Position numbers and translations under genes: made by a program
In this document: positions 29,900 through 37,899 of the stretch, in pieces
Layout of the letters: every line of letters starts with the position of its first letter
How positions within the stretch are numbered: position 1 is the stretch's first letter
The notes under the pieces: generated by a model
What the model saw: the letters and a program-made list of their open reading frames with translations, nothing else
Database searches by the model: none
Told to the model about the DNA's origin: nothing
Source of the DNA: Spirochaetia bacterium
GTDB lineage: Bacteria; Spirochaetota; Spirochaetia; SZUA-6; Bin103
Assembly: GCA_965208575.1 (NCBI GenBank)
Contig: CBDBOV010000004.1
Span: forward strand, 224,001-288,000
Reading direction: 5' to 3'
Length of the DNA stretch: 64,000 bases

Positions 29900-30619
29900 G
29901 TGATTTCAGTGGACAAGGTGACCAAAGTGTATCGCAGCGGCAGCACCGAGGTCGCGGCTCTGCGCGGCGTCAGTCTGCGGGTGGATGGCGGCGCGTTTCT
30001 GGCGATTGCCGGCCCCTCCGGTTCCGGCAAGACGACTCTGCTCAATCTGATTGGCTGTCTGGACACGGCGACCAGCGGCGAGGTGGTGATCGGCGGCGAG
30101 CGCGTATCGGACCTGAACCGCAAACAGCTTGCCCTGTTTCGCCGCCATCGTCTCGGATTCATCTTTCAGTCGTTCAATCTCATCCCGGTACTCACCGCCT
30201 ACGAGAATGTCTCGTTTGCGCTGTCGCTGGTCACCCGCGACCCAAAGCAGGTGCGTGACCGCACCCTGGCGATGCTCGGCGACGTCGGGTTGGGCGACAT
30301 GGCCGACCGTCGCCCGGGCGAGCTGTCGGGCGGGCAGCAGCAACGGGTGGCGATCGCGCGCGCGCTGGTGAAGGACCCGGACATCGTGCTGGCCGACGAA
30401 CCCACCGCCAACGTCGACTCGGAGATCGGCGAGGGGTTGCTGGACCTGATGCGCACGCTCAATCGCCGCCGCGCCACCACCTTCCTGTTCTCCACCCACG
30501 ATGCCATGGTCATGAATTACGCTGAGCGGTTGGTGAGATTGCAGGACGGCCGGATTGTCGGCGATGAGACGCGCACCGGCGAGGACCGCGCGCCGGCTGC
30601 CGCGGACGCCCTCCGGTAG
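29900..30619 (+). CDS. ABC transporter ATP-binding protein (LolD/MacB-like)
   Basis: GPSGSGKT, FQSFNL, LSGGQQQRVAIARAL, ADEPT, STHD. Confidence 0.93.
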   Translation: MISVDKVTKVYRSGSTEVAALRGVSLRVDGGAFLAIAGPSGSGKTTLLNLIGCLDTATSGEVVIGGERVSDLNRKQLALFRRHRLGFIFQSFNLIPVLTAYENVSFALSLVTRDPKQVRDRTLAMLGDVGLGDMADRRPGELSGGQQQRVAIARALVKDPDIVLADEPTANVDSEIGEGLLDLMRTLNRRRATTFLFSTHDAMVMNYAERLVRLQDGRIVGDETRTGEDRAPAAADALR

Positions 30620-30627
30620 GATCGGCG

Positions 30628-31967
30628 ATGGCTTCACTTTCGTCGAACGCGGTGACCGCCGCCCCGGCGTCTCCGGCGAAGTCGCCCGGGCGTGGTGACG
30701 CGAAGTTTCTGCTCCGGCTGGCGTGGCGGAATCTGAGCCGGCACCGGCGCCGTACCGTCATTACCACGATAGCCCTGGGGTTCAGCGTCGCCGTGCTGAT
30801 TTTCATGGACTCCATGCTGGGAGGCATCGACCAGGAGTCTCAGCGCAATCTTGTCTGGTATGAGACCGGCTCCGGCAAGGTGGTGACGAGCGCCCAGTTG
30901 GAGGACTTGGACCAGGTGGCGCTGAAGCACGAACTGGTCGATTATGTGCCGATCACGAACGCGCTGTCCGAACTCGGCATCGCCAATACCCCCCGCATCA
31001 GCTTTGTCGGCGAGTTGTTCTTCGGCGAGGGGTCGTTGCCGATTCGGTTTGTCGGCATCGATCCGGATACGGACGAGGAGGTGTTCCGGCTGCGTGACGC
31101 CTTGTTGCCGGGCAGCTCATACGTGGAAGCGGGTATACCGGGCTCGTTCTGGGCTCCTGGACGACCGACGACCTGGGACTCTCGGTTGGTGACTTCGTCG
31201 AGGTTCGGACCCGCACCCGGCATGGAGCGATGCAGGTGTTGGAGCTGGAGCTGGTGGGCATCCTGCTCAGTGCCAATCCGACCGTCAACCGGGGAGTGGG
31301 CTACTTGCCGCTCGACATCGCCCAATACGACCTGGACATGGAGGGGGTGACCGAGATTGCGCTCGGCGCGTTGCCCTCCGTGCTTGGGCGCACCATAGCA
31401 GTTCCCGGCGGCGCCTTCCTGAGCCGCGAGATAGAGCGTTTGAACGGGCAGCTTGGAGCACGGTTTTCCGACGTGGCGGCGGTCGGGTGGCCACAGATCG
31501 CGCGTGACTATCTGGCGTTGATGGAGTCCAAGAGTTCAAGCAACGCCATGCTGCTGTTTCTCATATTTCTGATCGCCGCCGTCGGTATTTCAAACACCAT
31601 GTTGATCGCGGTGTTCGAGAGAATCCGTGAGTTCGGCATGATGCGCGCCCTTGGTATGGACGACGCGGCGATCCGGGCGACGATGGTGTTCGAGGCGGGC
31701 ATTATCGGACTGCTCGGGTCATTGACGGGTCTCGTCCTGGGTGCAGCCTCGACCTTCTGGCTGGTCAATTGGGGAATCGACGTGAGCGGACTGTACGGCG
31801 ACGTGAGTATCGGCTACCGCGTCACCGGGGAGTTCCGCGGCGCCTGGAATCCCGGCACCATGGCGACCGCGGTTGTGTTCGGCGTGCTTGCCAGCATGGC
31901 TATTGCCCTGCTGCCGGCGCGCCGCGCGCTGCGTCTCGACGTGGTGCAGTGCCTTCGTCATGAATGA
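30628..31967 (+). CDS. FtsX/LolE-like ABC permease, copy 1; -1 frameshift at ~31140-31142
   Basis: Two ORFs (30628.., 31230..) together align with paralog 35341..36639; one G missing in CCG GG(G) CTC GTT CTG. Confidence 0.85.
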
Positions 31968-32026
31968 CGGAGTTCGTCATGAATGACGGAGTGCGCCATG
32001 AATGACGGAGCGCGTCATGAGCGACC
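31954..32026. repeat. ~4 tandem 19-bp units TTCGTCATGAATGACGGAG
   Basis: Read directly; each unit holds the palindrome CGTCA-TGAA-TGACG and overlaps the permease stop. Confidence 0.85.
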
Positions 32027-32083
32027 GTCCGCGCCGCGAGTGAGTGAACGAGCCGACTCGGGTAACCTGATGCTGGTAGACCG

Positions 32084-33373
32084 ATGAATCTGTGGAGAAT
32101 CGCGTTGCGCAACGTCGCGCGCAACAAGCGCCGCTCGCTGCTCTCCGGCACTGCCATCGCGGTGGCGACCCTGGCCGTGGTGCTGCTGTTCTCGCTGATC
32201 GCCGGCGTGCTCGGCGACACGGTATCGATTGCGTTGACGTATGACACCGGTCACGTTCAGGTACGCCACCCGGAGTTCGGGCGCTACGAGCATCTCAGCC
32301 CCGTGCACCTGGCGGTGACCGGCGCGGCGGAAGTGCAGGCGCGGCTCGCCGAGTTGCCGGAAGTGGCGGCGGTGCTGCCGCGGGTGCGGTTTGGCGGCGC
32401 CGTCTACCGGGAAGACCAGAACCACGCCGTGTACGGGATCGGCGTCGACTTCGGCCGGGAGGTCGCGACCGCGGCCCGGCGCTTGCCTCATCTCGCGCCG
32501 GCCGCCGGCGCCGCGCCCGGCCTGGAGGACTTCGCGCGGGTGTGGCGGCTGGATCTGTTCGGCGGTGCCCTGCCCGACCCGCATGCGCGCGAACTGGTGA
32601 TGGCGAAGACCCTGGCCGACGAATTGGGCGTGGCGGTCGGCGACAAGCTGACGATTCTGACCCGTACCGCGGTGATGAGCACGCAGGCGTGGACGTTTCG
32701 CATCAGCGGACTGGTGGGGTTTCCGGTCGGTGGACTGAGCCGGGTGGTGCTGCTTCCGATCGGCGTGGCGCAAGCCTTTCTGCAGCTCGACGCGAGTGGC
32801 GCGGTCACCGACCTGCTGCTGTACAGCGAGCACGACGACCGGGTGCCGGCCCTGGCGCAGGCCGTGCGGGATGCGGTGGGCGACCGGCTCGAGGTGCGGT
32901 CGTGGACCGAAGAGAACGCCATGTACCGGTTGTTCGAGCTCGCGACGCGCATCTACGACATCATCGCGCTGGTGTTTTTCCTGCTGGCCACCACGGTGAT
33001 CGTCAATACGACGATGATGGTGGTGTACGAGCGGATGCGTGAAATCGGTACCATTGCGGCGCTCGGGATGACCGGCGCGCAGATAACGCGCCTGTTCTTC
33101 CTGGAAGCGCTGTTCATCGGTGTGGCCGCCGCGCTGGTGGGAGTGGGACTGGGTGTCGCGCTCGTGGTGCCGCTGTCGCAGGTCGGGATCGACTACACCG
33201 AGGCTATGGAAGGAGTGGAACTGAACATGTCCAATATCATCTACCCGCAACTCAACCTGCGTTCCACGGTGCTGGTGCTGTGCTACTCGATTGCCGTGAC
33301 CGCGGCCGCCTCGTTCTGGCCTACCCGCCGGGCCGCCAGGCTGCACCCGGTGACCGCGCTCCGCGCCACGTGA
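32084..33373 (+). CDS. FtsX/LolC-like ABC permease
   Basis: IALRNVARNKRRS, NTTMM.VYER.REIGT..ALG, P.RRAARL.PV.ALR. Confidence 0.9.
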   Translation: MNLWRIALRNVARNKRRSLLSGTAIAVATLAVVLLFSLIAGVLGDTVSIALTYDTGHVQVRHPEFGRYEHLSPVHLAVTGAAEVQARLAELPEVAAVLPRVRFGGAVYREDQNHAVYGIGVDFGREVATAARRLPHLAPAAGAAPGLEDFARVWRLDLFGGALPDPHARELVMAKTLADELGVAVGDKLTILTRTAVMSTQAWTFRISGLVGFPVGGLSRVVLLPIGVAQAFLQLDASGAVTDLLLYSEHDDRVPALAQAVRDAVGDRLEVRSWTEENAMYRLFELATRIYDIIALVFFLLATTVIVNTTMMVVYERMREIGTIAALGMTGAQITRLFFLEALFIGVAAALVGVGLGVALVVPLSQVGIDYTEAMEGVELNMSNIIYPQLNLRSTVLVLCYSIAVTAAASFWPTRRAARLHPVTALRAT

Positions 33374-33375
33374 CC

Positions 33376-34182
33376 ATGTTTGGCACGATGCTTCGCACGA
33401 CGCGCGGCCGCCAGGACGTTCGCCGGTTGCCGCGCACACGCCGGCGCAGCCTGCTGGCGACGTGCGGCGGCGTGCTCGCGCTGTTCGCCGCGGATCCGCT
33501 CCTCGCCTTGACCGGCGACGAGATCATCCGTCGCATGGAACGGCACGAGCGCCACAGCTCGGTGCACTCCACCGGCTCGATGGAGATCACCGATCGCTTC
33601 GGCACGCGCACCAAGACATTCATTTCGACGGCGCTCGGCGACGACCACTCGCTGCTCGAATTCACCAATCCGGAGGAGGCGGGCCAGAAGGTGCTGCGCC
33701 TGGAGGACGAGATCTACCTGTACTTTCCCGACTCGGAGGACGTGATCCACCTGCAGGGCGCGGCGCTGCGCGACAGCGTGCTTGGATCCGACTTCTCCTA
33801 CGAGGACATGACCGGCAGCAGCAGCCGGCTGGACGACTATGACGTGGTGCTGGAGGACACGGAGGAGGTCGACGGACACGAGACGTTCCGGCTGCGCCTG
33901 ACCGCGAAGCGGCGCGACGTCGTATACCCGGTGCAGGTGGCCTGGATCGACAGCGAGCGGTTCGTTACCCGGCGGGTCGACCTGTTCTCGCTCCGCGGCC
34001 GGGCGCTGAAGCGGTTGGCGGTTACCGAGTTTCGCGAGGTTGGCGACAAGGTAATCGGGGTTCGCCTGGAGATGTCCGACTTCATGAAGAAGGACTCGCT
34101 GACGGTGTTCACGATCGATGAGATCGCGATCGATGAGCCGGTCGACGAGAGTCTGTTTTCGCTCGAGGAGCTGACTTTTTGA
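33376..34182 (+). CDS. Outer-membrane lipoprotein-sorting (LolA-like) protein
   Basis: Signal peptide; EFTNPEEAGQKVL, YLYFP, LGSDFSYED. Confidence 0.85.
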   Translation: MFGTMLRTTRGRQDVRRLPRTRRRSLLATCGGVLALFAADPLLALTGDEIIRRMERHERHSSVHSTGSMEITDRFGTRTKTFISTALGDDHSLLEFTNPEEAGQKVLRLEDEIYLYFPDSEDVIHLQGAALRDSVLGSDFSYEDMTGSSSRLDDYDVVLEDTEEVDGHETFRLRLTAKRRDVVYPVQVAWIDSERFVTRRVDLFSLRGRALKRLAVTEFREVGDKVIGVRLEMSDFMKKDSLTVFTIDEIAIDEPVDESLFSLEELTF

Positions 34183-35324
34183 CCGCGCGCCGCGGCGCGG
34201 CGCTGCTCCTGCTCGCGACTGCTGCGGTCGCCGCTGCCGATCTGCGCACCACGGTCACGCTCAACGCCGAGATGAGCGCCGTCGCGGACCCCGAGGAGAC
34301 GCTGCTGTTGGGGGGCGGGGGGAGCGCCCGGCTGGACCTGGCCGCGACCGGCAACCGCAACGTGCGCGGCCAGTTGAGCATTTCCGCGGATCTGCACCGG
34401 CCGCCCTCGGCGTCCGGCACGGCGGGAAGCAGCCCGGACCACCTGGTGACCAGCCTCGGCGTCGAGCGCGCCTTCATCCGCGCGCGGCTTCCCGGTTTCC
34501 GCCTGACCGCCGGGAAGACGCGGCTGTCGTGGGGCCGGGGCCGCTTTTTCAACGCCGGCGACATTCTGTTTGGCCAGGAACCGGGATTCACGTCCGGCGC
34601 GCGCGAGTACCTGACCGCGACCGATTGGCTCGTTGCCGCCTATGTTGCGGTCGATCGGCGCTCGTTCCTGGAGGCGGTTGTGCTGCCCCCTCCCCTGCCG
34701 GATCGTCTGGCGGAGACGGCTGCCGGGGCGCGCGCCGTGATCCGGATCGGCGAATTGACCAGCGAGGCGGGCTACCTGTACGGCGCCGGCCCGGATCCAC
34801 CCGCGGGACACGAGCACCGTGCCTACGTGGGCCTGAAGGGCGCCTTGCTCGGCATCGACTGGCACGTGAGTGCCGGCTCGGCACTGCCGGCACACGACGG
34901 CCGCGACCTGCGCGAGACGGCACAGGATCGCCTGTACGTCACCGCCGGCGGATTCGGCTTCGTGGACCTGGGGCCGGAGTCCGGGCTGCTGAACCTGCGG
35001 CTGGAGGCCGGTGTGCGGCCGTGGCGGAGTTGGCAGGAGCAATCGGGAACGTCGGCGGCGCTCGATCGATATGGATTGTACCTGTTCCCTGAAATCGGCT
35101 TCGCCCCGGCCGACAACTGGAACCTGAGCCTGAGCGGGGTGATCTCCCCAATTGACGGCTCGGCCGTAGCCGCCGCCGGCGCGTCGTGGAACATGCTGCA
35201 GGGATTGACGTTCAGCCTGTTTGCGAGTGCCATGCTGGGCGACGAGGATGACACCTTTGCCTGGGACCGGCAGGGCAATCTGGCCGCCACCGTGGCGGCA
35301 AGGTTCGTGTTCGGGTCGTCCTGA
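34179..35324 (+). CDS. Exported protein, probable outer-membrane beta-barrel
   Basis: Signal peptide; AGKTRLSWGRG.FFN; amphipathic strands; position in the LolA-like operon. Confidence 0.65.
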   Translation: MTARRGAALLLLATAAVAAADLRTTVTLNAEMSAVADPEETLLLGGGGSARLDLAATGNRNVRGQLSISADLHRPPSASGTAGSSPDHLVTSLGVERAFIRARLPGFRLTAGKTRLSWGRGRFFNAGDILFGQEPGFTSGAREYLTATDWLVAAYVAVDRRSFLEAVVLPPPLPDRLAETAAGARAVIRIGELTSEAGYLYGAGPDPPAGHEHRAYVGLKGALLGIDWHVSAGSALPAHDGRDLRETAQDRLYVTAGGFGFVDLGPESGLLNLRLEAGVRPWRSWQEQSGTSAALDRYGLYLFPEIGFAPADNWNLSLSGVISPIDGSAVAAAGASWNMLQGLTFSLFASAMLGDEDDTFAWDRQGNLAATVAARFVFGSS

Positions 35325-35340
35325 CGGTGGCGGCACCGAC

Positions 35341-36639
35341 ATGAGCGGGGCGGCGTTCCGGCGCGGCGAGTTGCGGCTGCTGCTGCTGCTGGCGTGGCGC
35401 AATCTGGCCCGGCACCGGCGGCGCACCGTGATCACGATGCTGGCCCTGGCGTTCAGCATCGCCGTTCTCATCTTCATGGATTCCATGCTGCGCGGGGTTG
35501 ACCAGGAGTCGCAACGCAACCTGGTGTGGTACGAAACCGGGTCCGGCCGGGTGGTGACGCGGGAGCAGCATGATGATCTGGACCGGGTGGCGCTGAAGTA
35601 CGAACTGATCGACTACGCCCGGCTGGGGACCAGGCTGACCGAGATGGGAATTGCCAACACACCGCGCATCGGTTTTGGCGGCGAGATGTTCTTTGGCGAG
35701 GGATCGTTGCCGATTCGGCTCATCGCCATTGATCCGGTCACGGACGGGGCGGTATTCCGGTTGCGGGATGCGCTGCTTGCGGGCAGCGGCTACCTTGAGC
35801 CGGGCTCGCCGGGCCTGCTGCTGGGCGCGTGGATGGCCGACGACCTGGGAATGTCGCTCGGCGACATCGTCGAGGTGCGTACCCGCACCCGCCACGGCGC
35901 GATGCAGGTGCTGGAGCTGGAACTGGTCGGCACCCTGCTCAGCCCCAATCCCACCATCAACCGCGGCGTCGGATTTCTGCCGCTCGACGTGGCGCAATTC
36001 GACCTGGAAATGGCCGGCGTCACCGAAGTGGCGCTCGGAGCGATGCCGTCGAGGCTGGGACGAGCGGTTGCCGTGCCTGCCGGCGCCTTCCTGGCCGGCG
36101 AGGTCGAGCGCGTGAACGCGATGCTTGCCGAGGAGCTGCCGGGGGCGGTTGCCGTGGGGTGGCCGCAGCTTGCGCGCGACTACCTGGCGATGATGGAGTC
36201 GGAGAGATCCGGCAACGTACTGTTGTTGCTGCTGGTATTCCTGATCGCCGCGGTGGGGATCTCGAATACCATGTTGATTGCGGCGTACGAGCGTATGCGG
36301 GAGTTCGGGATGATGCGGGCGCTCGGCATGGCGGACGGCGCGGTGCGCGCCACGATGGTGTTCGAGGCGGGTCTCATCGGCTGCCTCGGATCGCTCTGCG
36401 GTTTGCTGCTCGGCGCCGTCGCCGTGTTCTTCCTGGTCGATCGAGGCATCGACATGAGCCGGTTCTACGGCGACATCAGCATTGGCTATCGCGTCACGGC
36501 GGTGTTTCGCGGCGCCTGGAACCCCGGCACGATGGCGGTCGCCGTGGTGTTCGGCGTGCTCGCGAGCATGCTCATCGCGCTGCTGCCGGCACGCCGGGCG
36601 CTGCGCCTCGACATCGTGCAGTGCCTTCGTCATGAGTGA
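35341..36639 (+). CDS. FtsX/LolE-like ABC permease, copy 2 (intact paralog of 30628..31967)
   Basis: Near-identical blocks DQESQRNLVWYETGSG, GISNTML, GAWNPGTMA, QCLRHE*. Confidence 0.9.
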   Translation: MSGAAFRRGELRLLLLLAWRNLARHRRRTVITMLALAFSIAVLIFMDSMLRGVDQESQRNLVWYETGSGRVVTREQHDDLDRVALKYELIDYARLGTRLTEMGIANTPRIGFGGEMFFGEGSLPIRLIAIDPVTDGAVFRLRDALLAGSGYLEPGSPGLLLGAWMADDLGMSLGDIVEVRTRTRHGAMQVLELELVGTLLSPNPTINRGVGFLPLDVAQFDLEMAGVTEVALGAMPSRLGRAVAVPAGAFLAGEVERVNAMLAEELPGAVAVGWPQLARDYLAMMESERSGNVLLLLLVFLIAAVGISNTMLIAAYERMREFGMMRALGMADGAVRATMVFEAGLIGCLGSLCGLLLGAVAVFFLVDRGIDMSRFYGDISIGYRVTAVFRGAWNPGTMAVAVVFGVLASMLIALLPARRALRLDIVQCLRHE

Positions 36640-36717
36640 CGCCTTCGTCATGAATGACCACTTCGTCATGAATGACGCCTTTCGTCAGGAGTGACGGCGC
36701 CTTCGGCAACGAGTGAC
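36623..36717. repeat. ~5 tandem ~18-bp units GCCTTCGTCATGAATGAC, degenerating rightward
   Basis: Read directly; same seed as the 31954 array but a different unit length. Confidence 0.85.
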
Positions 36718-36793
36718 GGTCGCACTCGAGCAGCGATAGCAGCGATCCGGGCACGCTGACGAGTGACGCGCCGTGCGATATGATGGAGCGACC

Positions 36794-37114
36794 ATGCTGC
36801 ACGTAATCGTTACCATGACCATCAAGCCGGGCCGGCTGAACGACTTTCTTGCCCTGGCCCGCCAACTCGCTCCGCTGGTGCACGCCGAACAGGGCTGCAT
36901 CCGCTACGAGTACACCCTCGACACGACCTCTCCGCTCCCGATTCAGGGAGCCATCGACGACCACCGCGTCACCTTGATCGAACAGTGGGAGTCTGCCGCG
37001 GCGTTGGCGGACCACCTGCAGGCGCCGCACATGAAGCAGTACGGACCGGCAATGGGGGCGCTGCGCACCGGCGGCGTGACCGCCCGGGTGACGCGCCCCA
37101 TCGACGGCGCCTGA
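36794..37114 (+). CDS. Antibiotic biosynthesis monooxygenase / YgiN-like quinol monooxygenase
   Basis: IKPG, AEQGCIRY, IEQWES..AL..HL.APHM. Confidence 0.88.
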   Translation: MLHVIVTMTIKPGRLNDFLALARQLAPLVHAEQGCIRYEYTLDTTSPLPIQGAIDDHRVTLIEQWESAAALADHLQAPHMKQYGPAMGALRTGGVTARVTRPIDGA

Positions 37115-37130
37115 TCACGGCCGCGGCGCC

Positions 37131-37586
37131 ATGGTGCGCACCGGAATCGCTGCACAGATAGCGCTCGGGTACCTGGGCGTGCTGCGGGTGGCCGCGTTCC
37201 TGGTGACGATCGTTGCCGGCGCGGCGGTCGCTGGCGCGCTGATCGCCCTGCCGTTGTGGCTGTTCGCGACGCGTGCGACCGGGGTCTACAACTGGTTCGT
37301 GGCGGTCGTCCTGGCGGCCGGTGCGCTGGCGGCCATTGCGGGACGCGTGGTGCGCGCGGCGCGCAGCGCGCCAAGCGGGGCCGGCTACCTGCGCGCCTGG
37401 GCCTTGCGCGCGGCGCGCGGCGCGCTGCGCGTGCTGGCCGTGGCGGCGCTGGTCGCCGGCGCGCTGCTTGCGTTTGCCCGTGGCGGCACGCTGGCTGGAC
37501 TGCTGGCCGCGGCGGTGGTGGCGGTATTGGCCGGTGCGGTGCTGTTTGTCTCCTTCCCCGGCTCGAGAGCGCGCCGGAACGAGTGA
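37131..37586 (+). CDS. Hypothetical membrane protein
   Basis: About four hydrophobic helices. Confidence 0.65.
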   Translation: MVRTGIAAQIALGYLGVLRVAAFLVTIVAGAAVAGALIALPLWLFATRATGVYNWFVAVVLAAGALAAIAGRVVRAARSAPSGAGYLRAWALRAARGALRVLAVAALVAGALLAFARGGTLAGLLAAAVVAVLAGAVLFVSFPGSRARRNE

Positions 37587-37596
37587 TCGGCAACTA

Positions 37597-37626
37597 TTGA
37601 TTGGCGAATCACGCTTGGTCTATACT
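37597..37626 (+). promoter_or_regulatory. sigma70-like promoter
   Basis: TTGATT-18 nt-TATACT. Confidence 0.55.
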
Positions 37627-37632
37627 TGGATC

Positions 37633-37829
37633 AGGCTCCTGATGAGGACGCCGGCCGGCAATTGCGTATCGACGACGCGGGCGGCCTCGGCCTCTTAGGT
37701 TTCGCCATTCGGTGTCGATAATTAGGGTGTCGGTTACAAGATTAAGTTCCCCTCCCAGTTTACTTCGTTTTGTGCCGGCGCCCGAAAGGGTAGGTCGGTC
37801 CCCTCTTGGGGGGGCCGACCGTTTTTCTT
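37633..37829 (+). ncRNA. Candidate structured RNA (sRNA or PBP1A leader), family unknown
   Basis: Bounded by a promoter and a terminator; long-range stem 37646-37655/37774-37783; inner stem TATCGAC/GTCGATA. Confidence 0.5.
37793..37829 (+). terminator. Intrinsic terminator
   Basis: GGTCGGTCCCCTC-TT-GGGGGGGCCGACC followed by GTTTTTCTT. Confidence 0.75.
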
Positions 37830-37899
37830 GGTGCGTCCGCCGCGGACCTCGCCCGGGAGGTGACCCTTCATTACCCGAGTAGGGGTTGTCGTCTGCCTG

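Noticed and set aside
31954-36717. Short palindromic repeats as a CRISPR array
   Set aside because: Units are directly adjacent with no unique spacers, and there are no cas genes in the window
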